From assembly GCA_964106645.2 (NCBI GenBank), contig OZ067038.1: a stretch of 64,000 bases of DNA. The stretch is one strand, 5' to 3'. The position numbers and the translations under genes are program-made. Origin of the DNA: Podarcis pityusensis (taxonomy: Eukaryota). This document shows, piece by piece, positions 35,334-48,343 of the stretch (position 1 is its first letter; each line of letters starts with the position of its first letter). Under the pieces are notes generated by a model. That model was not told the origin of the DNA, searched no databases, and saw only the letters and a program-made list of their open reading frames with translations.

Positions 35334-35740
35334 GTATTGGTACAAAATATGACAGAATATAAATATGAGCTACAACTAGCAACACAACTGACAATTGAAA
35401 AAAGGTTAAATACTTGGGGGTTTGGTTGACAGCTAAGAGTATAAATATCTTTAAGGATAATTATGTAAGAACCTGGAAAGAAATAAAGAAAAATATGGAT
35501 GTTTGGGGAAGGATGAATTTATCACTATGGGGAAGAATTCAGGTAATGAAAATGAATGCATTGCCAAGAATGCTATTTTTATTTCAAACAATACCCATAG
35601 CCAGCGGAGCGGGACACATCAAACAATGGCAAAAAGATGTTTCTAGATTTATCTGGCAGGGGGAAAACCCAAGGATTAAGTATAAATTATTAACAGGTGT
35701 TAAAGAAAGAGGCTGATTTTCATTGCCGGATTTGAAATTA

Positions 35741-35966
35741 CAGTGCTACCTCAGAAGTCGAACGGAATCGGTTATGGAAGTCTGTTCAACTTCCAAAACA
35801 TTCAGAAACAAAGGCCAATCGTAAGCCAACTGGAAGCCATGGAGGCCGCATTGGATGTTCAGGTTCCAAAGAACGTTTGCAAACCGGAACACTCACTTCC
35901 GGGTTTGCAATATTCAGGAGCCAAAACGTTCGACTTGCAAGGAGTTTGGGATCCAAGGTACGACTG
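35741..35966. mobile_element. Tigger-like MITE in L1
   Basis: TA TSD; ends cagtgctacctc / aaggtacgactg; related to 10525-10774. Confidence 0.88.
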
Positions 35967-36223
35967 TATATTATGAAGCGTCCTGCCTCTGCTGGCTGCG
36001 GGGATGGATAACTTTTTAAAAATACAGATATTCTAGACCTTGAGGGTTACGATAACAAGTTTGGATGTCATGCATATTTTTGGTATGAGAAGACCAAAGT
36101 GCACAAATGCTTTTTAAATCATTTGGTGAGAAAATCAATTTATGGTGTATGGGGAAATATAAAAACCTGTTAGAACAGAAGTCACTATGGTGGCTTTCCC
36201 CATTGGAAGCGATATCCTTGAAA

Positions 36224-36602
36224 AAGATCATGGCCACTGCGCCCATCACCTCCTGGTAAGTAGAAGGGGAAGAAATGGAGGCAGTGAGAGATTTTACTTT
36301 CTTGGGCTCCATGATCACTGTAGATGACAGCAGTCACGAAATTGAAAGACGCCTGCTTCTTGGGAGAAAAGCAATGAGAAACCTAGACAGCATCTTAAAA
36401 AGACCCTGATGTTGGGAAAGATGGAGGGCACAAGGAGAAGGGGACGACAGAGGACGAGATGGTTGGACAGTGTTCTCGAAGCTACCAGCATGAGTTTGAC
36501 CAAACTGCGGGAGGCAGTGGAAGACAGGAGTGCCTGGCGTGCTCTGGTCCAGGGGGTCACGAAGAGTCGGACACAACCAAACGACTAAACTACAGTACAA
36601 CA
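36224..36602 (+). mobile_element. BovB (RTE) 3' fragment with internal deletion
   Basis: aagatcatggcc...cacgaaattgaaagacgcctgcttcttggg is joined at AAAAG (~36402) to accctgatgttgggaaagatggagggc...gagtcggacacaac and a CAA-type tail. Confidence 0.9.
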
Positions 36603-37490
36603 AAAAAAGTGAATGGGCAACCTATAAAGAGTTATTATTGGAAGTGGAACAGCACTTAAAGTTGAAAAGATTTGAGGATAGATGACATTTAGTAACAAGT
36701 TGGTTGAAATATCACCAGTTAAATGATGTGTTTAAAATTGATAAGAAAAATAGATTTAGTAAGGAAATTTCAAGGTTTGAAAAAGATTTATTGGAAAATA
36801 ATGTGAACTTGCTTTCTAAAATGTATAAGTTGTTGCTAGAGTGGCACACTAAGGATGAAGAAGTTAAATCAGTAATGATACAATAGGCACAAGATATTGG
36901 GCATAATATTCAATTTTCATCTTGGGAAAGGTTGTGGAAGGAGAACCTAAAATTTACAGCATGCTGTGCGCTGAAGGAGAATTATATGAAAATAACCATA
37001 AAAGGGTGGAGGGAATCCTAAACGATTATGATGATGTTTATTGTTTGAATTTAAATTTGCAATGTAAAACTCAATTTAAAAGATTTATTAAAAAACACAC
37101 TCAGAAATTACCCTTCATTATGGGGGGGGGGGGGAGAGAGGTCCCCCACTTTTACACCATGACCTTCCAGACTCTGCCTCTGGTGTTTCCTGGGCTTTGA
37201 GGTCCTCTCCTTGAGCTGCCCGCCCATCTCCTGCATCCTGATTCCACAAAGGTGAAGGTAAAAGTTATCTTATGAATAAAAAAGAAAAAGTCCTTCTAAA
37301 AGGAAAAAAAGGAGAAAGGAAAATGCGGTTCTGTTGAATGGCCTGGGTTATTGGAATGTTAAATGTGCAGTATATATCTGAATGAAAGGGAAAATGGTGG
37401 CAGGCAGGAAACATGGATTATTTAATTTTCAGAGTAAAGGCAGGTGTGAGCTATTTACGTGATAAATTCAGGAAAGAGAAAGCAATACTC

Positions 37491-37505
37491 AAAAAAAAAA
37501 AAAAA

Positions 37506-37531
<26 letters not shown>
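37491..37531 (+). repeat. A24(GA)n insert flanked by a 16-bp TSD
   Basis: AGAGAAAGCAATACTC at 37475-37490 and 37532-37547. Confidence 0.85.
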
Positions 37532-37536
<5 letters not shown>

Positions 37537-39539
37537 AAGCAATACTCCAAATCCAGTGGCAATAAGCGAATCTCTAAAAATACAAGGGATTGATCAAATT
37601 TATTTAAGCTGAGTTAGAGCTTTCTTTTGGAAAGAGAACTGACCAGATGTCTCTTTATTGCCACATACAATGCGCCACTCACAGTGCAACAATCCATCAG
37701 GGGCCTTGAACTGGCACTACAAAACTGTCTCTGGCACATTTTTACAGAAAGACCCATATTCTCACAACTTTTGTGCATCTTTGCACTTGACAAATAGCTG
37801 TTTGACTCCGGTTTTGTTCTGATTCACTATTCTGTCAAGCACAGGGCCCCTATTCAAGTGGCCAGCAATGGTGGCCTACAACTTGCTGTTTTCTTTTCTT
37901 TTCTTTTCTTTTCTTTCTTTGTTTCCCCCTTGACAGACACTTGTGTACTTCTTCTATCATGTATCTGGGGATCTGAAAAAAACCCGTTTTCAATGATTTT
38001 ACAACAAAAAAAATCACACAGCATGTTAAAAAGAGGTCTGAGTGACTCTGGTAGGATGTGAGAAGAAGCTGTTCATGTCACAAAGTTCTCAGGCTCTATC
38101 CCTCCCCCTTCCTCATATACTTAATGTTGACACTTAAAACTGGGATGTAAATAATCGATATGATTGCGTTTGTTTATGTGTTTAAGTTACAATGAATATT
38201 CTAGTACCAAAATTTGGATGCAAATCTTTTCATTGTTTGCATACTTTGATTTTACTTCAGAATTATTGCAAATGAATTTACTTTTCTTGGTTCCTACAAA
38301 GAATCACACACTAAAAACTGTTTCCCAAACTGACACTTGGTATTGGGTTTTGTTGAGAACTTGTTTCCCCCACTGAAATGCGAAAACCAAATTTTGGTAA
38401 CTTGCATATTCATTTTACTTTTGGATTTTCAGACTCAGTCTCTGAAGCCTGAAAATGTTCTTAAAATGAAGATATTTGACGATCTCCAAAATAAAATTGA
38501 CTGAAACTTTTGAAGCAATTCAGTGTTCAGTATTACTGCTTTACCTGATAAAGCAAAAAGTAGTGGTACTGAAATTATGGCTGGCTGGCTGTCCTACGAC
38601 ATCCTAGGGTTTCCACGGTGATATGCTTAAGTCACTCCTTCCATCAATGAGATTCCTTGATTTTCCATTACCTTATTATATCAGGTCAAGTTTTCGGAAT
38701 GGTTTTATGTGGAAGCCAAATAAAGGAGTAGTGGTGAACCAAACAGTAGAAAAAACAAAGTTATTATTTTCCAACTCTTTATTTACCCCTTATCCTGCAA
38801 TTCTTATGTTTGCCTATTACTACTGCTATTGTTATTTTAGCAAAATAATTGCATGAGTGGAATGACTTTTGTTTGCGCAACAGAACTTCTCCTCCTCTCT
38901 GCCCCCCTGCACCCTAAATCTTGGGTGCAGGTTCCCTCAACCCTTTGGAGCAGATTTGGGGACAGGGCAGGGACAGTGTGGCAGTGGGTGGGGCAGGGGG
39001 AGTCCTGTTGTGCAAGCGGAAGTTGTTCTGTTCGCTCACTTATTTAGCTGAATATTGCCTTTTGTCTTAAATCAATTCTATGTTAATTTCATGGAATAAC
39101 CCCTAGTTCTATTATTACAGTACATAACAAAATAAGAAATTTATTTACATTTACAACTTTTAATCTACCTGTGATTCAAGCAGAATTTTACTACCAGTAG
39201 GCCCAGAACTCCAGTCAAATATACAAAAACCTACCACAAATAATTCCTGCTACTAAAACACCCCAACCTAAAATATATGAAGGCCAGAGAATAATGAGGT
39301 TGATAACCCATGGGAGGAGAAACCAGGGCAAGCCCAATATATTTCAGTGCTTGAGGTAAACCACAAAATGGTGGCTCCTTCCTCGCCAGGAAAGAAGGAG
39401 GTAATGAAGACCTACATTAGGAACAATGAGGAAATAAAGATCTTCACTGGGATTTGATGTCCTGTGGCTCCTGCCACCTGAGGCGGGTGCCTCACCTTGC
39501 CTCATGGGTACACTGGCCCTGTGAGACCAAAACTCCCAT

Positions 39540-39722
39540 GTGACCAGGGTTCAAATTCCCACTCGGTCATGAAACTCACTGGGTGACATTGGGCCAGTCA
39601 CTGCATCTGAGCCTAACCCAGCTCATATGGCTTTTGTGAGGATGAAATAGAGAGGGGGAGAACCAGTTATGCCACCTTGAGCTCCTTGGAGGAAGGCTGG
39701 AATATAAATGTAATAATAATGA
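39540..39722 (+). mobile_element. CORE-type (Squam3/MIR-like) SINE, old
   Basis: B box gggttcaaattccc; ctgggtgacattgggccagtcac core; (AAT)n tail. Confidence 0.75.
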
Positions 39723-39729
39723 TGTTATT

Positions 39730-39977
39730 TGTTGTTGTTTAGTCGTCTTAGTCATGTTCGACTCTCCGTGACCCCATGAATCAGAGCATGCCTTGGGAAC
39801 TCTCATTTTCTTCTCAAAGCTTCTCCTTTTTTTTTATGTCCATTGAGTTTTATTGGCAAAATACTGGAGTGGATTGCCAGTTCCTTCTCCAGATGATCAC
39901 ATTTAGTCTAAACTCCTGGCTATGACCTGTCCATCTTGGGTGGCCCTGCATGGCATCATAGCTCATAGCTTCTCTGA
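39730..39977 (-). mobile_element. Bipartite BovB derivative (5'-region piece fused to 3' end; Bov-A-like)
   Basis: The minus strand reads ...cagggccacccaagatggacaggtcat...ggagaaggaactggcaatccactccagtattttgcc...catggggtcacggagagtcgaacatgactaagacgactaaacaacaaca. Confidence 0.75.
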
Positions 39978-42900
39978 GGGTTGCCATATTTCAAAAAGTA
40001 AAAACCAGGACACCCCAAAAGTTGTTGAGCTATTTTTTTTTTTACAAAAATGCCCCCAAAATGTGATTTTTCTGGTGCATGATGGTGGTCACAAGGTCTC
40101 AAAGAATTCCTATAAGCACTGCCCTTTATTCTCCCACAGTAGATTATATTGATGAAGTATCGAAACTCCTCAAAGCTACTTGGTTAGGGACAGCCCTATA
40201 ATATTTATTCAGAAGGAATGTCAGCTGAATTCACTGGGACCCATTTCCAAGATATTTGTGCACAGTATTTAAGTTTAAGATATTGAAGTGCCTTCGGAAG
40301 GCATGAAATACTGAAGGAAAACATTTCCTGCCCTGCCCCCCACTTCAGAATTATAGCCTACACCAGCCTTTCTCAATTTTGGGTCCCCAGATGTTGTTAG
40401 ACTACAACTCCCATCATCTCCTCTCCATAAAACACTATGTCCATCTGGACCATGCTGCCTGCTGGCCCACCCACAATTCAGTTGACCCAGCCATTGCCAT
40501 TGGATATAGTGGGCAGATGTGCCACAAGAGTGGGGAGTAAAAGACTCTCAGCATTTCACACCGTGTGTTGCAATCTGGCCTAGTTTGACCCAGGCAGAAG
40601 CAGAACAGGGCTGAATGTGAAAGCAAGTCGCAACTAAAAACCTACCAGCAAAACCCTTCCTAGGCTATTATTAATCTTTTGAGTCATGCCATTCCTTTTT
40701 GATGTTTGAAAAATGTGACTTGACCTCTAATGCTCTGTTAAAGCAAGGTGCTTGTTATTAGCTCTCTGAAATATGAATCTCTGCATGGTATTTCTCTTGC
40801 AACCCATCCTGCACAGAAGTCAGAGGCTGAAACGTATTTGTGGCAGGTTAATTTTTACCTCTTAAATCTGGCAATATATTATGATTTATCTTTCCTTCAG
40901 TAATTTTTTTCTGTTCTATCACTATTCTGCTATTCATGCATCATCAGTATGGAGATTTTGGTTTCTTCGTATGCACCTATAATCTTTCCAGCCGGTGGTT
41001 TATATGCCTTCATCCAAGCATCAAAACCATCTCATAGCTCATTGCAAAAATGTCTAGTATTATGAGAGCCTGGGGCTCTTCTGACAGCTGACAGAAACTA
41101 CCTGAATGATCATTTTTTAAACTGGATCCATGATTAATCTTTGAGAAATAGGCTAGTTCATATCATCTAAGTGAATTTTGTCTAGTGATCATTATTAATT
41201 CCAACAGTAAAAGTGTGCCCTTTTCAGAAAGCTACAGGTTTGAGAAAGAAAACTTAAGACGTTTCCCCCCCTGCTATGAGATTATTTGCATCCCTTTCTG
41301 GTTTGGAGGGAGGGATTACTTCAGAGCATCACCCTAACCATGTCTACTCAGAAATAAATCCAGTTTAATTCAATAGGGCATATGCCCAGTAAAATGAAGT
41401 TACAATTGCAAACTTAGTCTCCCAAAGAAGTAGTTCCATGAAGGTTTATGAAGCAGTGAGTATGCAAACTGCTCTTGAGCTCCAGTTCTGTATTTGTCTG
41501 TATAGTGACAAGGTTAAGTATGCATTAGAATACTAGGAACATCTTCTTGACGAACGTTTAAGTGCACCATTGGGATGGGCTGCAACATCCCTGCTGGTGA
41601 CATTCCTGTTCATTATCCCAGTCTTGGGATCAGCGATGCAGTGGAGCAGGAATGCATGGGAAGGGAGCGAGCAGTTTAGGGTCCCCTGTCCCAGACCAGG
41701 AGCAATGATGTCATCTGCTGGAGCAACAGGGTACTGAATCAACCCTTCTTGCCTTGGTAAGGGTCCTCCTTGCACTGGGAAAACCCAATGCAAAAGGGGG
41801 CTTTTAAGCTCTCTGCCTTACTTGGGGAGCAAGGCCCTCTTGAAGCAATGGCGCCAGAAGGCATGGGATGCTCTTGTCAGATCTTGTGGGAACTTGACCT
41901 CCTCAAGCCTCCACTTCCTGCCCCCATGCATCTCCAAAGCTTTCATTTCACCTTCCTATGCCCATTTCTGAAGCCACTTGTCTCTTTTATTCAACAGCCC
42001 TTCTTTTCACCCGTTTTCACCTTCACCTCCTGTCCATGCCTCCCCCTTCTTTTGTGTAGCCTCCCTGGCACACAGGCCACTGCCATGGTCAGCTCCCGCA
42101 CATTGCAACTGCGAAGTGCCCCTTTTCACCTTCCACCAATTTATGAAACCACCATTTCTATTCTGAAACCTCTTCTGTACTTCCACTTTCGTCTTAACCT
42201 CAGTTCCACTTCCTCCTGCTCTTGTTCTTGCAACCCCTCCAAGTTCACCTTCATCCCTTTCCCCCTCCCTCTTCCTCTTTCCTTTTCTCTTTTCTCCCTT
42301 CATTTATCCCCCTAAATCCAACCACCTGAAGCAGCTTGCTGCATATTCGGGCAATCCTGCTCAAAACTGACTCTAGCATTTGCCCATGATCACCTCATCT
42401 TTGGGAAGCCACATGGATGACTAATGCACAGAGAGTTCTGGCTTGCGGTTAAAATTCTGTTTGCTGGCACACTGTTCTGGTGCATGTCTTAGAGAGGATG
42501 CCTGTTCTTACTTGGCTGTTAAGCAATGACTCTCACCGAAAAATATGGGAAAGAGGAATGAAGACAGCATGTTGTAATCTCAAATTGCTTAAAAGACAGA
42601 TGGTTCCCCTAGGCAGCCCTCACCGTGACCTTCTGAAATAACTTAGTTGCAGGATGCATTCTGAATTCAGAGCCTCTTCAAAATGAAAAGGAAGACTCCC
42701 AAGAGTGTCACATACAAAACCCAAAGAGAGTCGCACATTTTCTGTCCAATAAAGGTAATACTTTATTTTAGATTAGATAAGATTTTAATTTCTTTCCCAT
42801 GTGCCTTTTGTCCTCACAGAAGGAATTGTGTTCAAAGCAGCACACAATATATGAAACAAAACAAAAAAACACAAAAAACACAAATATCAAGGATCATGAT

Positions 42901-44968
42901 AGCACAGTACTATCATTTCAAGAAATGCCAGTATTTCAATAATATTCCAGACAAAGATTCATTTCAAAACAAATTAACAATTTTCTAGGCCTGTCCAGTT
43001 GGAAGGAATTGTATATGTCACAATCCACCCCCCAGAAGGTGCCTCCAACTCCTCCATCCACATCTTGGATGCAAGTGAAATGTTTAGCTGTGGAAGGAGG
43101 TGGATGTGAGTGAGAGCTTGGGAAAGCTAGCTAACAAGGAGCCATGAGGAGAGGAAGAACACACGTTGTTTGCGAAGAGATGAGTTTGTGAGCCAGGACT
43201 GAAAAGACAAGACAAGATGCTTCTAGACATGCAGAGAAAGCTGTGGAAAGGCTGCCTTGTACCCAAGTCACAGGTGTATGGGAGGGGGCTGGGACTTCAC
43301 TGTTACAGGCAGGGTGGGGGAAGTGGATAAGGGCAACCACCCTGCGCTCTGTGTTTTGGGGTGACCTGTGCCCAGCACTGGCAGCTGTGGCCAGCAGCGC
43401 TATCACCCACCCCCTGCCCCGCGAGGATCTCCACCACCTCCCTAACCAGAGCCATGCAGAGAGGAAGGAGGCAAAGGACCTGGGCAGTTCTCTTCCTACC
43501 ACCCCTGGGATGGCTGTGGTTGCAGGTAATGCATCCTCACATGTCAGGCTCTCTTCATTACACATCTCAGGCTACTCCTGATCCCAAATACTTGGCTCTG
43601 TTTCAGTGTTGACATAACTACATATTCTGAATTGTACACCAAAGACTTCTGGCGCCATTCGTATTGTGGACTAACTATGAAAACATCATTGTTTTAGAAA
43701 GCTGGATGCTTATAATAGACATTTATTCTGAGCAGGACAGCAGATGTGGTGAGAACATTCAAGGCCCACCTGCAGTCAGAAGTGGGGTAGACCTGAACCA
43801 GCTCCACCTGCTCCTCTGCTGCTTGTGAGAACTCGGCTTCTCCATTAGATTGTGGCCCAACACTCTCTGAATTAATTCACCCATAGAAAGTAATAAGCAG
43901 GGGCAACTTCAGAAAAACTACTGTTTTGGACCAACCAGTGACCTCTTTGCCATTTAGCCAAACTATTAGCTAGAACAGATAGAACTTGTAGCTGTCATTG
44001 ATTATTCTTGTATAAATGTTTCTACAGATGAAATTCCAGCTTTATTCCATGCTATTTTTAAAAGACTTGCATACTTACTTCTCTGCATGGCAGCACATGT
44101 GTTTCCAAACGACGTCTTTTAAGAAGCAGATTTTTTAAAAATCACTTTCAGATGGTTTCCTAGCAGATAAAAGAAAGGCTTGAAAGTTCTTGAAGTCCTG
44201 CCCAGGAGAGGCGTGTGGCTGATTCTCCTCCTGCTCCCCGAAGCTTTTACTTAAGGAGAAGCTGGCTGAAGAAATAGCAGCGGGAATAACTGGATTGCCT
44301 AATTCTGTGTCTTGCCAGGGATGCTGGAGAATTCATATGAAAATGAAAACAGGAGTTGGAATTGGCAATGTTTACTTATTTATCTCATATCTGGAACAAC
44401 AATCTGCCCAATTAATGTCAATTGGTATTTGCGCCTGTTATTGCTTTTGGTATGCAAAAACACACACACATAATTGATGACATCTTTCCATTTAAATTGT
44501 GTTTCCTTTGCACTGAAATGAATGGTGTGGAAATGATTATGCCATTAATTACATTAAATCTGTAACTTACATGGATAATTATGTAAATTATGTTAAATAG
44601 CAAAAAGCATGAAGAATAACCTAGGGTTGTTTTCAGTGTGCTGCTAAGGTGAGTGTTTCATCAGCTTGAGGATTTCTCCTTGTGCAACAAAATATTCTAA
44701 GCCTCCCAAGCAGATTTGGGGAGAGCACTGGTTTCATGGAGGGTAAGGAAAGGGGTGGGGAAGTTGGTTGAATACTGCTGATTCGAAATCGAACTGTAGG
44801 AAAAGGGGGACAATGCTGATTGCAACAAACAGAAATCAGAGTGGAAGCAGCTGTTTTCTTACATGACTAACCTTGCACCACCCCTTCTCTGGTGCTACTC
44901 AAATCCATCCAATTTACCTCTTGCTGTCCTCTATGAAACTCTATAACTTAGAGTGCTAATTTGGTGTA

Positions 44969-45224
44969 GAGAGCCAGTGTGGTGTAGTGGTTAAGAGCGG
45001 TAGTCTCGTAATCTGGGGAACCGGGTTCGCGTCTCCACTCCTCCACATGCAGCTGCTGGGTGACCTTGGGCCAGTCACACTTCTTTGAAGTCTCTCAGCC
45101 CCACTCACCTCACAGAGTGTTTGTTGTGGGGGAGGAAGGGAAAGGAGAATGTTAGCCGCTTTGAGACTCCTGAAGGGGAGTGAAAGGCGGGATATCAAAT
45201 CCAAAGTCTTCTTCTTCTTCTTCT
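44969..45224 (+). mobile_element. Full-length tRNA-derived Squam3-like SINE
   Basis: A box tggtgtagtgg; B box-like ggttcgcgtct; CORE ctgggtgaccttgggccagtcac; L2-like 3' stem-loop; (TTC)n tail. Confidence 0.88.
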
Positions 45225-45526
45225 AATTGCACTCTATAGAACTCTATAGCATCCAGAGGAGTGCAACCTCCCTGTATTAAAATACGGATCCCCTGAGAAC
45301 TCTGCAGCTCTGAGGTGAACCCTGGACCTTTGTACCTTCGTTTGTGCAAGTCAGTCTTGAAGAAGGTGGCTTGGTCCACTACATTCTTATTCAAATGTGC
45401 AAAGTTCCAAGAAGTTCTGATTAAAACTTTGAACTGGCTGTAGTAAATTCACATTTGTTCCTCGCCTCGCTGCCAAAATAAATCCTTTATTTGAGAAAGA
45501 TTACAGGTGGCTGAGTGCATCACTTA

Positions 45527-45995
45527 ATGCCTTGGTCAGACCACACCTGGAGTCCTGTGTCCAGTTCTGGGCACCACAATTTAAGAAGGATGTTGACCAG
45601 CTGGAACATCTGCAGAGGAGGGCAACCAGGAGGATCAAGGGTCTGGAGACCAGGCTTTATGAGGAATAGTTGAAAGAGCTGGGTATATTTAGCCTGGAAA
45701 AGAGAAAACCGAGAGGAGATATTATAGCCATCTTCTAATATCTTAAGGGCTGTTCCATGGAGGAAGGAACAAGCTTGTTTTCTTCTCTGGAGGGTAGTAC
45801 TCAAAACCATGGCTTCAAGTTACAAGAAAGGAGATTCTGACTAAACAGCAGGAAGAACTTTCTGTCAGTAAGACCCTTTCAGGAGTGAGGTGGTGGACTC
45901 TCCTTCTTTGTTTTTAAGCAGAGGTTGGATGGCCATCTGCTATAGATGTTTCATTTAAGACCCCCAGGATCCTTTCTACAATGCTATTATTCTAA
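45527..45995 (+). mobile_element. CR1 3' fragment
   Basis: Homologous to 12848-13520. Confidence 0.9.
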
Positions 45996-46013
45996 TCCTT
46001 TGAATACAGGATA

Positions 46014-46426
46014 CAGGGGTGGGGACCCTTTTTCAGCCAAAGGGCACATTCCTTTCTAGGCAAACTTCCAGGGGCCACATGCCAATGGTTGATGGGCCAG
46101 AGGCAAAGGTTGGTGGAGCAGCAAATGTAACATTTATATTTGTTTGGTAGGCTAATGTCTACCCACAATCAGATGCACACCTCTCGATCATCCATCCATC
46201 AGGGCAAGGAAGAGGCATTATCACAGGTCAAGGGCGCATTGCAGCCAGCTGAACATGCTCATGGGGAGTGCAAAAAGGGGCTAGTAAAGGATATGATCTG
46301 GGGAGAGGGATGTGGCTAGGAATTAGATGTGGCTGGGGGGGGGGGGAATCTCCAGGGCCACTTAGAGGAGCTGTGGGGATGGGGCTGCATTTGGCCCCTA
46401 GGAAGGCCTGAGGTTCCTCATCATTG
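46014..46426. mobile_element. Degenerate hAT (Charlie-like) MITE
   Basis: caggggtggggaccctttt ... gcctgaggttcctcatcattg ends, with gggccac subterminal motifs. Confidence 0.6.
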
Positions 46427-48171
46427 TTTCAAGAGGTGACTAGGAATCCAAGGCTTTTAAGTCCAGCTGGCAATTATGAGTGAACTAAAGGAGTGTCCAT
46501 CCCTGCTTACCTTTGCAGTGGATCTGAATTGGAATTAGGGAATGACTGAGCCTGGGGGCAGCAACTCCTGTACAACTAATAAGCAGGGCAGCTCTCAGCA
46601 TCTCTCTGTGAGGGACGGCTTGGGGATGGGGGGGGGCGAGTATGTGCCTCATCCATCACAACGATATAATCACTAGCTAGGTATGTTCAAAGACTTAAAG
46701 ACAAACAGAAACATGTCCTTTCCTCCTTCCCTGTATCTTCTGGGCTTTGGGGAAATCAACCTAAAGCTTCTCTCCCCATCCCCACCCTGCCCAGAGCTGG
46801 GCTAGCAGGAGGTGTCTTCGTCAGCAGGGTTTAAAATCCCCCCCAAACAGCCCGGCAGCTGTTCATCAGGAGGTTAAGCCTGGCCGCTGGCAGCCTACAA
46901 GGATTCCTTTCAGAGGAATGTTTACGAAAGCTGGGATGCATCAGGACAGAATGGCTTACACCCATGATCCTGAAGTCCTCCAAACCTTGGAGCTGGCACC
47001 AGGGGTAGGTGCTCGACATATCGAGACCAACAGGAAGAATTTGCCAGTTTGTCACAGACAGAGGTAATCGTTTCTCTCTGGCCTGTAGGGAAGTGTGGCA
47101 GAGTGAAGAACGTTTCCATTTGAAACCTCAGACGAATTGGGCAGGAACACCAGGATGGTTCTCACACAAATAATGCCTCAGCATTTGTGTCAAACATTTT
47201 TTAAAGAAATCTCTCACACTTCTTGACGCACGGCTGCTTTCTTTCTCCTCAGCAGGATTGGGCATGTGGCCATAACGGAATGGAAAAGATTGATCTTTGG
47301 CCAACTCTGCCTCTCTCTGTAGATCTTCATTAAGACGATCTAGCCGCCTTTTCACCACTTCCATAACAAAGGAATCAGGAGCAGAATGAGTGAGAAAGCA
47401 GTATGATTTCATTAAATGTTTTCCTTGTCTTTGAGATTATTGACCCAAGAAGTCTCTAAAATAAATTTTGAAACACCACTCATCCCCATCTATTCTCTGT
47501 TGGATAAAATGTTGCATTATGATCATAATTGCTATTTCTTATATCCTGCCATATATATGTGTGTCCCATGAGGAGCCTGGCGGGTGGCTAAGACATGCAT
47601 AAACCAGGATAGTACAATAGTTACAAACAATATATAATATTATACATCATTTCATAGCAGTTTCCATTTCTGAAAACAAATCACAGAGAATATTTCATTT
47701 ATGCTCAAAACAAACCTGTGAGGTAGGTTCCTAAATGTTCCACATTTTCATATGGGGAACTGCCTGTGACCTCCCAGCATATTCAAAGGTCTCAGGAATT
47801 TAAACATGTATTTTCACAGTCTATCCCCTAGGCTAGACATTCAGTTTTTGCCTGACCAAGTGACAAACCTCTTCCTTGACTGTACCACTTCAGGCTGCAA
47901 GTGGGGATACTGCATTTATGAATAGTCCCCCAAGTGGGAACAGTAAGTTATACAAAGAAAAGTGGCATGTTGAATAAAAGGTTAGACTAGAAGGCATCAC
48001 AGAAACATAGAACTGTAGGGCTGGAAGGTATCCCAAGGGTTACCTAGACAGGGAGGAGGGTTATTGTTTTGTTTTGTTCTTGTTGTTAATATGTATTTTG
48101 TGTTTTTATCTTGTGAATTGCCCTGAGATCTATGGTTGAATAACAGTATAACTAACAAACAAGCAAGCAAA

Positions 48172-48174
<3 letters not shown>

Positions 48175-48212
<38 letters not shown>
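48175..48212. repeat. (AC)n microsatellite at the tail of a small L2-like insert
   Basis: Seen directly. Confidence 0.9.
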
Positions 48213-48214
<2 letters not shown>

Positions 48215-48343
48215 ACTCTCAACTAAAGGATCCATGAAAGATGCCTATCTAACCTCTGCTTAAACACCTCCAATGAAGAGTCAAAGAGAGTCTGTTCCAT
48301 TATTGACCAACTCCTACTGTCAGAAAGTTCTTCCTGATGTTTA

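Larger units (their letters stand above)
35335..37095 (+). mobile_element. L1 ORF2 fragment with nested MITE and BovB
   Basis: KYLGVWLT..NLSLWGRIQVMKMNALPRMLFLFQTIP..FIWQGENPRI..ERG*FSLPDLKL|YYEASCLCWL, then LSKMYKLLLEW. Confidence 0.9.

Noticed and set aside
44969-45045. tRNA gene
   Set aside because: It is the tRNA-derived head of a SINE, continuing into CORE and tail with no complete cloverleaf.
47128-47130. Selenocysteine read-through of the in-frame TGA
   Set aside because: No AUGA..AA..GA SECIS pattern seen by eye downstream on the minus strand, and no selenoprotein-like context.
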